From the NCBI GenBank assembly GCA_043812195.1, contig JBDRML010000016.1:1-64000 (forward strand): 64,000 bases of DNA, written 5' to 3'. This DNA is from Candidatus Woesearchaeota archaeon. GTDB taxonomy: Archaea > Nanobdellota > Nanobdellia > SCGC-AAA011-G17 > PNOQ01. Below are positions 52,001-62,164 of this stretch, one piece after another. Each line of letters begins with the position of its first letter. Position 1 is the first letter of the stretch. Made by a program: the position numbers and the translations under genes. The notes beneath the pieces were generated by a model. The model saw only the letters and a list, made by a program, of their open reading frames with translations, was not told the DNA's origin and ran no database searches.

Positions 52001-53112
52001 TCAAAATCATCATAAGAAGCAAGCTGGTCTTTATTAACATTATGCTTCAATTTTCTACCAATAACTTCTTCATATTTATTTGCTGTAATTCCCCTAGCAT
52101 CTGCTCTTTTCATAACTAAATGAGCCTCATTCAAAACAGTCCCAGCAACCAATCCATCTCTAAAAACAACAGATTTTTGTACAACTGGTTTAATAGTAAT
52201 TTCTCTTTCACAAGGTTTTTTTTCAAAAGATCCAGCAATCAAATCAAAATATTTCGCACCAATTTTCTCTTTAAGATAATCTACTCTTTTATTAATTGGT
52301 ATCTTTTCCATCTCCTTTATTTCTTGGATCATTTCTTTCAGTTGGTCTACTGATAATGACGCTTTATGATCTGGGCCATATGCCATTCTATCATACGTAA
52401 AATGTTTTTCAATAAGCTGCGCACCTAATGCAACTGCAACTAAAGAAACATGTATTCCAATTGTATGATCAGAATACCCAAATAAAGTTCCTAATTCATC
52501 TTTCATAGTTAACATAGCATTTATGTTAGAATCTTCATAACGAGCAGGATAATCGGTAGTACAATGTAAAAATATAACATCTTTATTACCTTGGCTATAT
52601 ATTGCTTCTTGAGCAGCTTTAATCTCTTTGATATTTCCCATACCTGTAGAGACAACTAATGGTTTCCCTAAAGATGCTAAAAATTTCAAATAAGAAATAT
52701 TAGTTAATTCCCCAGAACCAACTTTAATAGCAGGAACCTTAGTTTCATTTACTAAAAACCTAGCACTCTTTTCCTCATCAGGAGTTGACATAAAAATTAT
52801 TCCTTTTTCATCACAATATTTTTTTAATCCAACAAAATCATCATAACTTAATTCTAATTTTTTAATCATATCAAACTGAGTTTCACCAGCACCCGTCTGT
52901 TCCTCTTGATAAGAAGCCTTAGCTGTATCTGGTAAACAAAGTTCTTCAGTTATCCATGTTTGAAACTTAACAGCATCAGCGCCAGCATCTTTAGCAATAT
53001 CTATTAACTGTTTAGCCTTCTCAACATCTGCATCATGGCAAACTCCAGCCTCAGCAATTATAAAAACAGGATTTCCAGGACCTATTTTTTTCCCAGTTAT
53101 GTTTAACTCCAT
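51997..53112 (-). CDS. neuB: Nonulosonic acid synthase (NeuB/LegI) with C-terminal SAF domain
   Basis: FIIAEAG, DAVKFQT, STGM, LHC, GYSDHT, IEKHFT, GPDHKAS; ATG 53112 preferred. Confidence 0.93.
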   Translation of the reverse strand: MELNITGKKIGPGNPVFIIAEAGVCHDADVEKAKQLIDIAKDAGADAVKFQTWITEELCLPDTAKASYQEEQTGAGETQFDMIKKLELSYDDFVGLKKYCDEKGIIFMSTPDEEKSARFLVNETKVPAIKVGSGELTNISYLKFLASLGKPLVVSTGMGNIKEIKAAQEAIYSQGNKDVIFLHCTTDYPARYEDSNINAMLTMKDELGTLFGYSDHTIGIHVSLVAVALGAQLIEKHFTYDRMAYGPDHKASLSVDQLKEMIQEIKEMEKIPINKRVDYLKEKIGAKYFDLIAGSFEKKPCEREITIKPVVQKSVVFRDGLVAGTVLNEAHLVMKRADARGITANKYEEVIGRKLKHNVNKDQLASYDDFE

Positions 53113-53181
53113 TAAATATAGAAACAAATAACTCCTTATAAAAATTATGTAAAGATGTTCTAAAACTAACAAAAATAATAC

Positions 53182-53940
53182 TCAAAGAGCAATAGAATAT
53201 CCACAATCTACTAGAATATTTTGTCCAGTTATTGCACTACTTCTATCAGAAAGCAAAAATAAAACAGAGTCAGCAACTTCCTCAGGCCTAACACCTCTGT
53301 GCAAAGGAGCCCTTTCATTAAAACGATCAATCAAATCCTTCTTCTCTTTACTACTAGAACAAGCTTCTAAAACCTTACGTGTTTCAACATTTCCAGGAGA
53401 GACCGTATTAACCCTTATTCTTTTCTCTCCAAAAGTATTTGCATAAGCTCGAGTCATAGCTCCAAGACCTCCTTTAGAAATTGCATATAAAACAGTATTA
53501 GGATTTTGCATATCTGCATTAATAGAACTTATGTTAACAATAGATCCACCTTCAGACATTTTAGGATACAATAATTCTATCAAATTGAATGGTGCTCTAG
53601 TGTTCACTGAAATAACTCTATCAAAAGATTCAATAGATCTTCCACCATGAGAGTCATCCTTTCCTAAAATAGCAGCATTATTCACTAAGCCATAAATAGT
53701 ATCAAATCTATCACTATCAAAAATTTCTTTCATTCTATCAAAATCAGAAACATCGCCTTGAAAATAATCAATTTTTTGGTGAGGAACCAATAAATTACTA
53801 AGTTCTGATTTATCAAATTCCAAAGAATCTATTCCAATAACATAAGCATTTTCTTGCACCAATTCACTAGAGATTATTGCACCTATTCCACTTCCAGCAC
53901 CAGTAACTACAACCTTTTTTCCTTTTAAATTTAAATTCAT
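53182..53940 (-). CDS. SDR oxidoreductase
   Basis: TGAGSGIG, VNNAA, YAISK, TGQNILVD. Confidence 0.88.
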   Translation of the reverse strand: MNLNLKGKKVVVTGAGSGIGAIISSELVQENAYVIGIDSLEFDKSELSNLLVPHQKIDYFQGDVSDFDRMKEIFDSDRFDTIYGLVNNAAILGKDDSHGGRSIESFDRVISVNTRAPFNLIELLYPKMSEGGSIVNISSINADMQNPNTVLYAISKGGLGAMTRAYANTFGEKRIRVNTVSPGNVETRKVLEACSSSKEKKDLIDRFNERAPLHRGVRPEEVADSVLFLLSDRSSAITGQNILVDCGYSIAL

Positions 53941-53941
53941 T

Positions 53942-54694
53942 TTAAAATAATCTCTCAATAACTTTATGTTCAAGCCCATTTAACCCCTCTTGAACCCTTG
54001 GTTCTTTTAAGGGAAGCATCCATAATCTACCATTATTCACATGTTCATTATTTTCATCCAACATAGGAAACTTAGCTATATATTTTAAACCTACTAACTC
54101 TTGCATTTTTTCTGCAAATTTAGTAGATGCTAAATCATCAGACTCTATAGAAGTATATGTAGTAATATGTTCAGCACCTTCTTGTTCAGAAAGCCTCACT
54201 GCAGCCAAATAAGCAAATGTTCCAAATCCTTTTCTTCTTACACTCTCCAAAAAAGCCATTTCCCAACAATGTGCTTGATTAGACCATTCTCCATGAATCT
54301 CTAATTCAGAATCTCCATTTTTATCTTTTCCAGCCTTATAATGATAACCATCTGTAGGTTTAGCATGAACCCTAACACCCACAATCTCATCATTAGAATC
54401 ATAACACATTACAACACTATTTCCTACTTTATCTTCAAACTCCCTACTCCTAATATAAAACTCGTCTCTTAAATGAACATCTCCTCTTCTAACTAAATCA
54501 ATAACACGTTTAGGCAAGGGATTCCCTTCACAATCAGTCAAATCCATTTCAGTAATTACACAATTATAAAGAGTGTCATTATAAACGTTCTTAGACAATC
54601 TCAAAAGATCATTAGCAAGCCCATCAACACTACCTTGTCTAAAAACATGACCATCTTTGGTAGGTTGGCCCAAATAATCTAAAACTTTTTTCAT
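53942..54694 (-). CDS. GNAT-like protein
   Basis: VRRKGFGT acetyl-CoA-binding-like motif; remainder unrecognised. Confidence 0.5.
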   Translation of the reverse strand: MKKVLDYLGQPTKDGHVFRQGSVDGLANDLLRLSKNVYNDTLYNCVITEMDLTDCEGNPLPKRVIDLVRRGDVHLRDEFYIRSREFEDKVGNSVVMCYDSNDEIVGVRVHAKPTDGYHYKAGKDKNGDSELEIHGEWSNQAHCWEMAFLESVRRKGFGTFAYLAAVRLSEQEGAEHITTYTSIESDDLASTKFAEKMQELVGLKYIAKFPMLDENNEHVNNGRLWMLPLKEPRVQEGLNGLEHKVIERLF

Positions 54695-54815
54695 AATTTA
54701 AAGAAATTTACAACCGTTTTTAAAGCTTATGGTGGCATTTTAAAGTGTATAAAAACCGAACATATAGTCTTTAATTACACATTATTTATAAACAAAACCA
54801 CTTTTCCAAAAATGA

Positions 54816-55922
54816 ATGATACCAATTACAAAACCAACATTACCAAAATATGAAGAGGTAGAAAAAGAGCTAAGAAATATAATTGAAAGTGGCATGATTA
54901 CAAATGCCAAATATGTAAGAGAATTAGAAAAAAATGCAGCAGAATATATTCAAATCCCAGACACTGCGGCACTCTCATCATGCACATCTGGTTTAATCCT
55001 AACACAAAAACTATTAAATCTAAAAGGAGAAGTAATACTTCCAAGTTTCACATTTCATGCAACTGCACATTCATTAGTTTGGAACAATTTAAAACCTAAA
55101 TTCGTAGACATAGAAGAAAATCACTACAATATAGATCCACAAAAAGTAAATGAAGCCATAACTCCAAACACATCAGCAATTCTAGCAGTACACATGTTTG
55201 GTCATCCAGCAGATACAAAAGCACTTCAAGAAATAGCAAAAGATAACAACTTAAAATTAATTTTTGATGCTGCACACGCCTTCGGCTCTAAAATAAACAA
55301 TTTAAACATAGGTAGATTTGGAGATGCAGAGGTCTTCAGTCTATCACCAACAAAATTATTAACCGCAGGTGAAGGAGGAATAGTATCTTCCAATAATAAA
55401 GTGTTAATAAAAAAATTAAAAATAGCAAGAAATTACGGAGATGATGGAAGTTATAATTGTGAATATTCTGGATTAAATGCAAGAATGTCTGAATTAAATG
55501 GAATTTTAGGCATTAAAACATTACAACAATTAGACCAAAATATAGAAAATAGAAACAAGCTAGCAGAATTCTACAAACAAAAATTATCAAAATTAAAGAT
55601 AGGTTTTCAAAAAATAGCTCCAAATGTAAAAACTACTTACAAAGATTTCTCTTTATATATTAACCCAGAAGAAATAGGCATTAACAGAGATGAATTATGT
55701 AATCAATTGGAAAAGAAAGGGATTATATCTAAAAAATACTTTTACCCTCCAGTCCACAAACAAACAGCATTTAAAGAATTCAACAATTTAAGGTATCCAA
55801 TTACAGAAAAAGTTTCCACAAACGTTTTAAGTGTACCACTTTACTCCCACATGAAAAAAACAGAGGTAGAAAAGGTGTGTGATGCTATTTCTACTATAAT
55901 TCAAGAAAATGGAAGAAAATAA
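54816..55922 (+). CDS. DegT/DnrJ/EryC1/StrS sugar aminotransferase
   Basis: SSCTSGL, PSFTF, DAAHAFG, SLSPTK, GEGG, NARMSE. Confidence 0.92.
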   Translation: MIPITKPTLPKYEEVEKELRNIIESGMITNAKYVRELEKNAAEYIQIPDTAALSSCTSGLILTQKLLNLKGEVILPSFTFHATAHSLVWNNLKPKFVDIEENHYNIDPQKVNEAITPNTSAILAVHMFGHPADTKALQEIAKDNNLKLIFDAAHAFGSKINNLNIGRFGDAEVFSLSPTKLLTAGEGGIVSSNNKVLIKKLKIARNYGDDGSYNCEYSGLNARMSELNGILGIKTLQQLDQNIENRNKLAEFYKQKLSKLKIGFQKIAPNVKTTYKDFSLYINPEEIGINRDELCNQLEKKGIISKKYFYPPVHKQTAFKEFNNLRYPITEKVSTNVLSVPLYSHMKKTEVEKVCDAISTIIQENGRK

Positions 55923-57330
55923 CAAGATAGACATGATACTTATACAAGAAAATGCAACTTTAAGAGATGTAATGAACAATATTGATAATTCTGGATTAGG
56001 CATATGCATAATAATAAACAATGAAAAGAAAATAAAGGGAATATTATCTGATGGAGATATAAGAAGAGCAATTCTAACAGGACACTCAATAGAAGATTCC
56101 GCATCTAAAATAATGAATAAAAATCCAACTATAGTTACAGGAAACTTCTCACTAAAAGAATTAGAAAAAACAATAAAAGAAAAAAAAATAAACGGAAAAA
56201 TACCAATAATAGATGAAGATGGGAAAATTATAGATTTAGCAATAATACCAGAACAAAAAATTAGATTCTTATCAAAACATAACGTAGCTGAAATGCCAAT
56301 GAAAAAAATACTGATCACAGGTGGTGCCGGTTATTTAGGATCAATCCTTTGTAGAAAGTTGTTAGAAAGGGGTTATGAAGTAAGAGTTTTAGACAATTTA
56401 ACATATGGAGATGATTCAATAAAAGATCTTTATGATAATCCAAATTTCGAACTAAAAATAGGAGACATTAGGCATATTGAAAACATAAGTAAAAATATAC
56501 AAGACGTAAATGCAGTTGTTCATTTAGCAGGCATAGTAGGAGATCCTGCATGTGGGTTAGATCCACAACAAACCATAGAACAAAATCTTTTAGCAACTAT
56601 GGCATTAGCACAAACTTGCAAGCATTTCCAAGTAAACAGATTTTTATTCGCATCAAGCTGTTCAGTTTACGGAGAAAATAATGATGTTCTTACAGAAGAA
56701 TCAAAATTAAATCCAATATCAGTTTATGGAAAAGATAAAATAGAAAGTGAAAAAGCTATCTTAAATTTAGCAAATGAAAACTTTTCCCCAACAATACTAA
56801 GAATGGGAACACTATATGGTCCTTCTTATAGGATGAGATTTGATTTAGTATTGAACACAATAACTACATTAGCAATAAAAGAAGGAAAATTCTGCATATT
56901 CGGTGGAAACCAATGGAGACCTATGTTACATGTAAACGATGCGGCAGATGCTTACATAAAAGTTCTTGAAGCCCCGCTAAACAAAATAGGAAGAGAAATA
57001 TTTAATATTGGTTCTGACGAAGGAAACCACAAAATCATAGATATTGGGAAAAAAGTAAAAGAAATTATTCCAGAAGCAATAATGGAAATAAATGCAGAAG
57101 AAGTAGACGAAAGAAACTATAGAGTAAGTTTCAAAAAACTAAGAGAAACTCTAAGTTTTGAACCAAAAAAAACTATAAAAGATGGAATAATTGAAATTAA
57201 AACTATGACAGAAAGAGGAGAACATATAGACTTCAGAAATCCAAAATATAATAATTATATTTTTCTTAAAAATAAAAATTTAAAAGAATATAGGAGTAAT
57301 ATAAACTTCCAAGAAAGCAGCAAACAATAG
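55909..57330 (+). CDS. CBS-pair fused to NAD-dependent epimerase/dehydratase
   Basis: N-terminal GILSDGDIRRA CBS; TGGAGYLG, HLAGIVGDPAC, SSCSVYG, YGKDK. Confidence 0.88.
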   Translation: MEENNKIDMILIQENATLRDVMNNIDNSGLGICIIINNEKKIKGILSDGDIRRAILTGHSIEDSASKIMNKNPTIVTGNFSLKELEKTIKEKKINGKIPIIDEDGKIIDLAIIPEQKIRFLSKHNVAEMPMKKILITGGAGYLGSILCRKLLERGYEVRVLDNLTYGDDSIKDLYDNPNFELKIGDIRHIENISKNIQDVNAVVHLAGIVGDPACGLDPQQTIEQNLLATMALAQTCKHFQVNRFLFASSCSVYGENNDVLTEESKLNPISVYGKDKIESEKAILNLANENFSPTILRMGTLYGPSYRMRFDLVLNTITTLAIKEGKFCIFGGNQWRPMLHVNDAADAYIKVLEAPLNKIGREIFNIGSDEGNHKIIDIGKKVKEIIPEAIMEINAEEVDERNYRVSFKKLRETLSFEPKKTIKDGIIEIKTMTERGEHIDFRNPKYNNYIFLKNKNLKEYRSNINFQESSKQ

Positions 57331-58128
57331 CATCGCCACAGCAATCAAAACTAAATCAATAGCATCTATCATTATATTCTTAAATCTGCCAGTTTCTAAA
57401 TCCTTATTTATCATAGCAACAGAAATTATTCCGCCAGCTAATCCACCAACAAAATAAGCAGCAATCTCTGGAACACCATGAATAATATATCTCAATAACC
57501 CTAAAGAAAAAGCATGGAAATAACTAACAGCTCCAACACCACCAGCAGCTGCCCACATAGCTAACTTATCTTTAATGAAACTACCCATCGCAGCAGATAT
57601 CACAGAAGCATTCCAAGTCAAAATAAATATAGCTCCAGCTCCAAAAAAGAACGCAAAGAATAATGAAAATAATAAGACTTTAAAATTATTCAAAAATATA
57701 TGTAAAAAAATAGCGCCAGAACCAACAGCATCACCAACAATTTTACTATTAATCGCGCCAATAGTTTCTAATTGACTAGAAAATAAAGATTGAACTATAG
57801 TTGTAGGCAACACAACAAACCATACTGCAAATGCCAATAAAAACCCAACAAACATAAACAATAAATAACGCAAAGTCTTTCCATGATGGCTCAATAAATC
57901 TACTTGATCTTTAGACTTAGCAGCCTCTTCCTCTTCAGATTTCATAGATTTGTACATTAAAGGAACACTAACTAAAACAGTCAACAAAACCATAATTAAA
58001 CTAGAATAAGCTCTAAATATCCATGTAGCCAAAAACACAGCCACAGTAGCATATAAAAAACCTATAAACAAAAGTTCCCAAGGTCTTTTTATTGCCCTTA
58101 TCGGCGTTGACAAAGATTCTAAAGCCAT
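57280..58128 (-). CDS. SpoIIM/DUF95-family membrane protein
   Basis: IFLNN, WNAS, HGVPEIAAY, AAFLEVYITP. Confidence 0.85.
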   Translation of the reverse strand: MALESLSTPIRAIKRPWELLFIGFLYATVAVFLATWIFRAYSSLIMVLLTVLVSVPLMYKSMKSEEEEAAKSKDQVDLLSHHGKTLRYLLFMFVGFLLAFAVWFVVLPTTIVQSLFSSQLETIGAINSKIVGDAVGSGAIFLHIFLNNFKVLLFSLFFAFFFGAGAIFILTWNASVISAAMGSFIKDKLAMWAAAGGVGAVSYFHAFSLGLLRYIIHGVPEIAAYFVGGLAGGIISVAMINKDLETGRFKNIMIDAIDLVLIAVAMLLFAAFLEVYITPIFF

Positions 58129-58161
58129 AACTAAAAGTACTCTACTTTATTTATATAGCTT

Positions 58162-58533
58162 TTGGAAAACAATATAACTTTAGAGGTTTTTACATCAAAA
58201 AAACAAACAAATATTACAAATGATGGTGAAAGGGAATTCGATTTAATAGAACAATCAATTTCTGTTAAAAGTGACTTTTCTAGTTTAGAAAGTTTCAACT
58301 TAGACAATAAAAAATATTATATGCAATATGTTGGTAAAAACTTGCTTGGAGCACATTTAATTAGAATAGCAACTACAAAAAATAGAAAATATCCAGACTT
58401 AAACAAAAAAACTGCAGTTTTACAACCAAGCTTAAATGAAGGTAGTTTTGAATTAGATGGATACACAGTAGACTACAATATTAAAGAAGGTAAAAGAAGA
58501 AGCGCTAAGATATATTTGAATAAAGCTAAATAA
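58162..58533 (+). CDS. Hypothetical protein
   Basis: 123-aa ORF (TTG start) filling the gap; no motif recognised. Confidence 0.5.
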   Translation: MENNITLEVFTSKKQTNITNDGEREFDLIEQSISVKSDFSSLESFNLDNKKYYMQYVGKNLLGAHLIRIATTKNRKYPDLNKKTAVLQPSLNEGSFELDGYTVDYNIKEGKRRSAKIYLNKAK

Positions 58534-58563
58534 TACAAACAACAATATTTTTCTTTTTTATTT

Positions 58564-59598
58564 TTAATTTAATAATTCTTTCTGACTAATATGTATATTC
58601 TTTTCTTCATATATCTTGTATATAACTAATAATATAGATAAAATCAAAGGACCAACTATAATTCCAACCATTCCAAATAAAGATATTCCTCCAACTATCC
58701 CTAACAAAATTATTACTGGATCTATTTTGGATCTTTTTCCTATAAAAATAGGTTTAAGGAAAGTATCTACATAAGTCAACAAAATTCCAGAATAAATTAT
58801 CAAAAGAATCCCATTTGTTACTTGGTTATTAATTAAAAGATATATAGCAGCAAATGGCCATACTAATAAAGGTCCAACAACAGGAATCATTGCAAACAAA
58901 GCTATAACAAGTGCCCATATAATTGGATTAGGAACTCCAAATAAAGAAAAACCAATCCACGCTATTACACCTTCTAAAATAGCAATTAAAAATAAGCCCT
59001 TGAACAAACCTTTAATTATGCTATTTATTTCAGAGAATAATTTATCTTTATCCTCTTTTTTCATTGGAAACAATTTCTTAATTTTTGAAATTATTTCAGT
59101 GCCTCTAATTAAAAGAAGATAAATTAGAAAAAACATTATTAAAAGACTAATTGTTCCCTTAGCCAAAAATTCTATTATTTTAGAACTTGATAGCAAGAAG
59201 AACTTTGATACTTCTTCTAAATTTTCCCTTATATGTCTCTCAAAATTTATGTTTAACCCAGTTACTTCTTTAAGAGTTTCTGAAACAGATGTCAACTCTA
59301 AATTATTAGCAGAATTAAAGGTATTTATAGCCTGATTAAATAAAGTATTTGCAAAAAAGATTAGTGGAATTATTATAAAAACAACTATAAGTACTATAAT
59401 AATAAGAGATGATAATCCTTTCTTTTTAATCTTTTTATTTATCCTTAAGTATACTGGATGTAATAATATAGTAAAGATTATTGCCCCTAAAAGAGCTGGC
59501 AACAAAGGTTCTATTACTTTATATGATAAATATATTAGTAATAATACTATTATTAGCAAAATATATCTACTATAATCTTTAAGATTTACTGAAACCAT
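58564..59598 (-). CDS. AI-2E family transporter
   Basis: MIPVVGP, DTFLKP, GGISLFGMVGIIVGP. Confidence 0.9.
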   Translation of the reverse strand: MVSVNLKDYSRYILLIIVLLLIYLSYKVIEPLLPALLGAIIFTILLHPVYLRINKKIKKKGLSSLIIIVLIVVFIIIPLIFFANTLFNQAINTFNSANNLELTSVSETLKEVTGLNINFERHIRENLEEVSKFFLLSSSKIIEFLAKGTISLLIMFFLIYLLLIRGTEIISKIKKLFPMKKEDKDKLFSEINSIIKGLFKGLFLIAILEGVIAWIGFSLFGVPNPIIWALVIALFAMIPVVGPLLVWPFAAIYLLINNQVTNGILLIIYSGILLTYVDTFLKPIFIGKRSKIDPVIILLGIVGGISLFGMVGIIVGPLILSILLVIYKIYEEKNIHISQKELLN

Positions 59599-59675
59599 TA
59601 ATAAAATACTCTTGTTTTAGTTTATAAATATTATCATTAGTTAGAATTATTTAAAAATAAAGAAGAAGAAAAAAA

Positions 59676-61685
59676 TTATTTTTTCTTTTTCAACACACTG
59701 AATAATATTATTGCTATTATAACTATCGCAACAATAACTATTATCCATACATAGCCTGTCGTACTTGGCACAGTAGATGTATCTCCAGCCGTAGTTGTAG
59801 TATCTGATTCATCATCACCTGACGTAGTCTGAGTTTCAACAAGACCTGTTATCCTAAAGTCGGCTTCATTATTCACATTTATTCTCAATAATTTAACCAT
59901 GGTATCGTCAATTCCGTTATCATTCAAATCAAATTGTTTTTCCTGTCCGACTGTAAATGTCGATGTAACAGGTGCAGATCTAATTGTTATTGTTGCTGTA
60001 CCAGTAACAGAATCAGCTGAATCTACAGTAATTGAATGTCCAATTCCACTTAATCTAAAGCTATGGCTTTCTCCAGCTCCTAATCCTCTTGCAGTAGTGC
60101 TTCCACCATCTTCTATATCAACTAATTCCTCTGTTTCTGTTTCATCTCCAGTATCACTAGCTCCACCACCAGTATCTGTATCACCACTACCTCCAGACGC
60201 AGCTATCGCAACTGTAATTTGTCTCGTTCCGGATGCTCCTCGTCTTCCAGATTTGTCGTAACAATAAATATACCAATCGACATTTTCACCTTCTAGGTTA
60301 CTATTATCTGTAGTAGTTATTGTGAAATTAACCACAGTATCTGTAATCGTAGTTGTATTAGAAAATAACACATTATTAAGACTTAGTGTACAATTATTCA
60401 CAATACCATTCTCACCCGTCACATCACTAACAACATATATAAAAGTCGTAGAACCATCTATATCAGAATCGCCATCTACTGGAGATAATGAAGTTATATT
60501 TGGATCCCAAGTATCAATAGCAAATGTTCTATTACTCGTCACATTAAACATTGCATTTGAATTGTTATCATAAGCTAAGCAATTCCACTTATATGTAACA
60601 TTAGTTCCATTATCAGTGCTCTGATCACTTGCATTAGTCAAATTAGTGTAACCAGTTATGTTAAATAATTCAGACCAAGTTCCATTTTCTGCTCCGCTAA
60701 CATTAATACTATAATTAAATGCCTGTGCCCCACTAGTAGCATTCCAAACCATAAAGACCATACTTGATATATTAGCTGCACGATTAACACTATTGGGTGT
60801 TGTAGGTGTCGCACTACAATTAAATCCATTAGGACTAGTATTGGTAAACCATGTATCATTGTTAACTCCCGCGTGTGTTGTAGCTATAGTCAAAGTATCA
60901 AAGATAAATGTGCTACTTACATTACTATTACTAGCATTGTCAAAACACTGCACATACCATTCTAATGTATCATCAAAAATATCCAACGATGTAATTGAAA
61001 AATTAGTCATTGATCCGTTTCTATGTGTTGATGTATTAGTTTCATTTATTGCACCATTCAAATACAAACTACAATTCTTCTCAACCCTTACAGCACCAGA
61101 TAAAGCACCTATAGAATCTGATACGTTAAATGAAAATTGGAACGCTCTACTATTAGTAGGTCCACTAAATATTGTTCTGTTCAGTGTATCGCCATGCCAA
61201 TTCATAGTAATGGCTGGAGCTACAGAATCTAAACCAAACGTACGGTTAGATGTATTATAACTATAATTACCATCTTTAAATGCAGCATAACAATTCCATG
61301 ACCAATTAAGTCCTCCATCCATCTCAGTTAAATTTGTAACAGTAAAATTTACAGTTAAAGTTCCATTAACCGCGCTCTCATTACTATAACCATAATCTGC
61401 ACTAGTTGAATTTACTAATACTTGCAAAGCAGTAGAATTTCCACTTGTATTTGTAGTATTCCAAACCAAAAGAGTTATACTAGTAACATTAGTATCTCCT
61501 GTAGCTGTTGCAGAACAATTAAAAGTCATATTATTTCCTGAAGTGGTCCAATAATTATCAGCTGGTGAATTAAAAGTAACAGGCCCTACATCACCCTTAG
61601 CCATAAAAGCCATAACAATAATAATTAAAATATATATAAAGATTCTCCCGTAATTAAAATTTTTCTTCAATAAAAACACCTCCAT
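59676..61685 (-). CDS. Heavily N-glycosylated surface glycoprotein with tandem Ig-like domains and C-terminal TM
   Basis: Signal peptide; about 44 NxS/T sequons by hand count; duplicated FNCSAT..WNC..SNRTF module; Thr/Gly linkers; TM plus KKKK; start may be TTG 61670. Confidence 0.85.
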   Translation of the reverse strand: MEVFLLKKNFNYGRIFIYILIIIVMAFMAKGDVGPVTFNSPADNYWTTSGNNMTFNCSATATGDTNVTSITLLVWNTTNTSGNSTALQVLVNSTSADYGYSNESAVNGTLTVNFTVTNLTEMDGGLNWSWNCYAAFKDGNYSYNTSNRTFGLDSVAPAITMNWHGDTLNRTIFSGPTNSRAFQFSFNVSDSIGALSGAVRVEKNCSLYLNGAINETNTSTHRNGSMTNFSITSLDIFDDTLEWYVQCFDNASNSNVSSTFIFDTLTIATTHAGVNNDTWFTNTSPNGFNCSATPTTPNSVNRAANISSMVFMVWNATSGAQAFNYSINVSGAENGTWSELFNITGYTNLTNASDQSTDNGTNVTYKWNCLAYDNNSNAMFNVTSNRTFAIDTWDPNITSLSPVDGDSDIDGSTTFIYVVSDVTGENGIVNNCTLSLNNVLFSNTTTITDTVVNFTITTTDNSNLEGENVDWYIYCYDKSGRRGASGTRQITVAIAASGGSGDTDTGGGASDTGDETETEELVDIEDGGSTTARGLGAGESHSFRLSGIGHSITVDSADSVTGTATITIRSAPVTSTFTVGQEKQFDLNDNGIDDTMVKLLRINVNNEADFRITGLVETQTTSGDDESDTTTTAGDTSTVPSTTGYVWIIVIVAIVIIAIILFSVLKKKK

Positions 61686-61923
61686 ATTTTTATAGTAGTT
61701 TTTATAATAGTATTATATCCTATTTTTTAGTATCATAATCCTTATATATAAAACTTTTGATTTTTGCAGAATTTTTTTAAATACTTTATTTGTTTGGTAT
61801 AAAATATCAAATAAAAAAAACGCCGCGACTGGGCTTGAGGAGTTTAGGTAGAAATCCGTATTGTTATTTCTACTTTATTTTTATTACTATTAATTTAAAG
61901 ATATATAAATATTTGTTAACTTC

Positions 61924-61971
61924 GTAACCATTTAGTATGCTTAGGCAAACCCTAAGCAGCTAAACGGTTAC
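61924..61971. repeat. 48-bp hairpin with the same IS66-type termini as the 31670 MITE
   Basis: GTAACCATTTAG..TGCTTAGG-CAAAC-CCTAAGCA..GCTAAACGGTTAC; no TSD visible. Confidence 0.7.
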
Positions 61972-62014
61972 CGGAAACAGAAATCTTTAAAAACAATCAT
62001 AATAACACTAAAAT

Positions 62015-62164
62015 ATGGAAACTGTAACAATACCAAAGGAAGAGTATGAATGCTTAAAAGAGAAAGCAGAATTAGATGAAGATTTATTAATTTCATTAGT
62101 CAGAGGTTTAGAAGATATAAAATCCGGCAGAATAAAACCATGGAAAAGCAAAATTAAAGATTAA
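62015..62164 (+). CDS. 49-aa putative RelB-like antitoxin
   Basis: METVTIPKEEYECLKEKAELDEDLLISLVRGLEDIKSGRIKPW; TTTAAAAA TATA-like box upstream; not in the ORF track. Confidence 0.7.
   Translation: METVTIPKEEYECLKEKAELDEDLLISLVRGLEDIKSGRIKPWKSKIKD

Noticed and set aside
57280-58128. Sporulation function
   Set aside because: SpoIIM/DUF95 proteins are widespread in non-sporulating archaea.
1779-61260. Many short antisense or nested ORFs in the track (e.g. 2230, 9619, 18113, 55827, 60793)
   Set aside because: They overlap well-supported genes and have no motifs or start signals.
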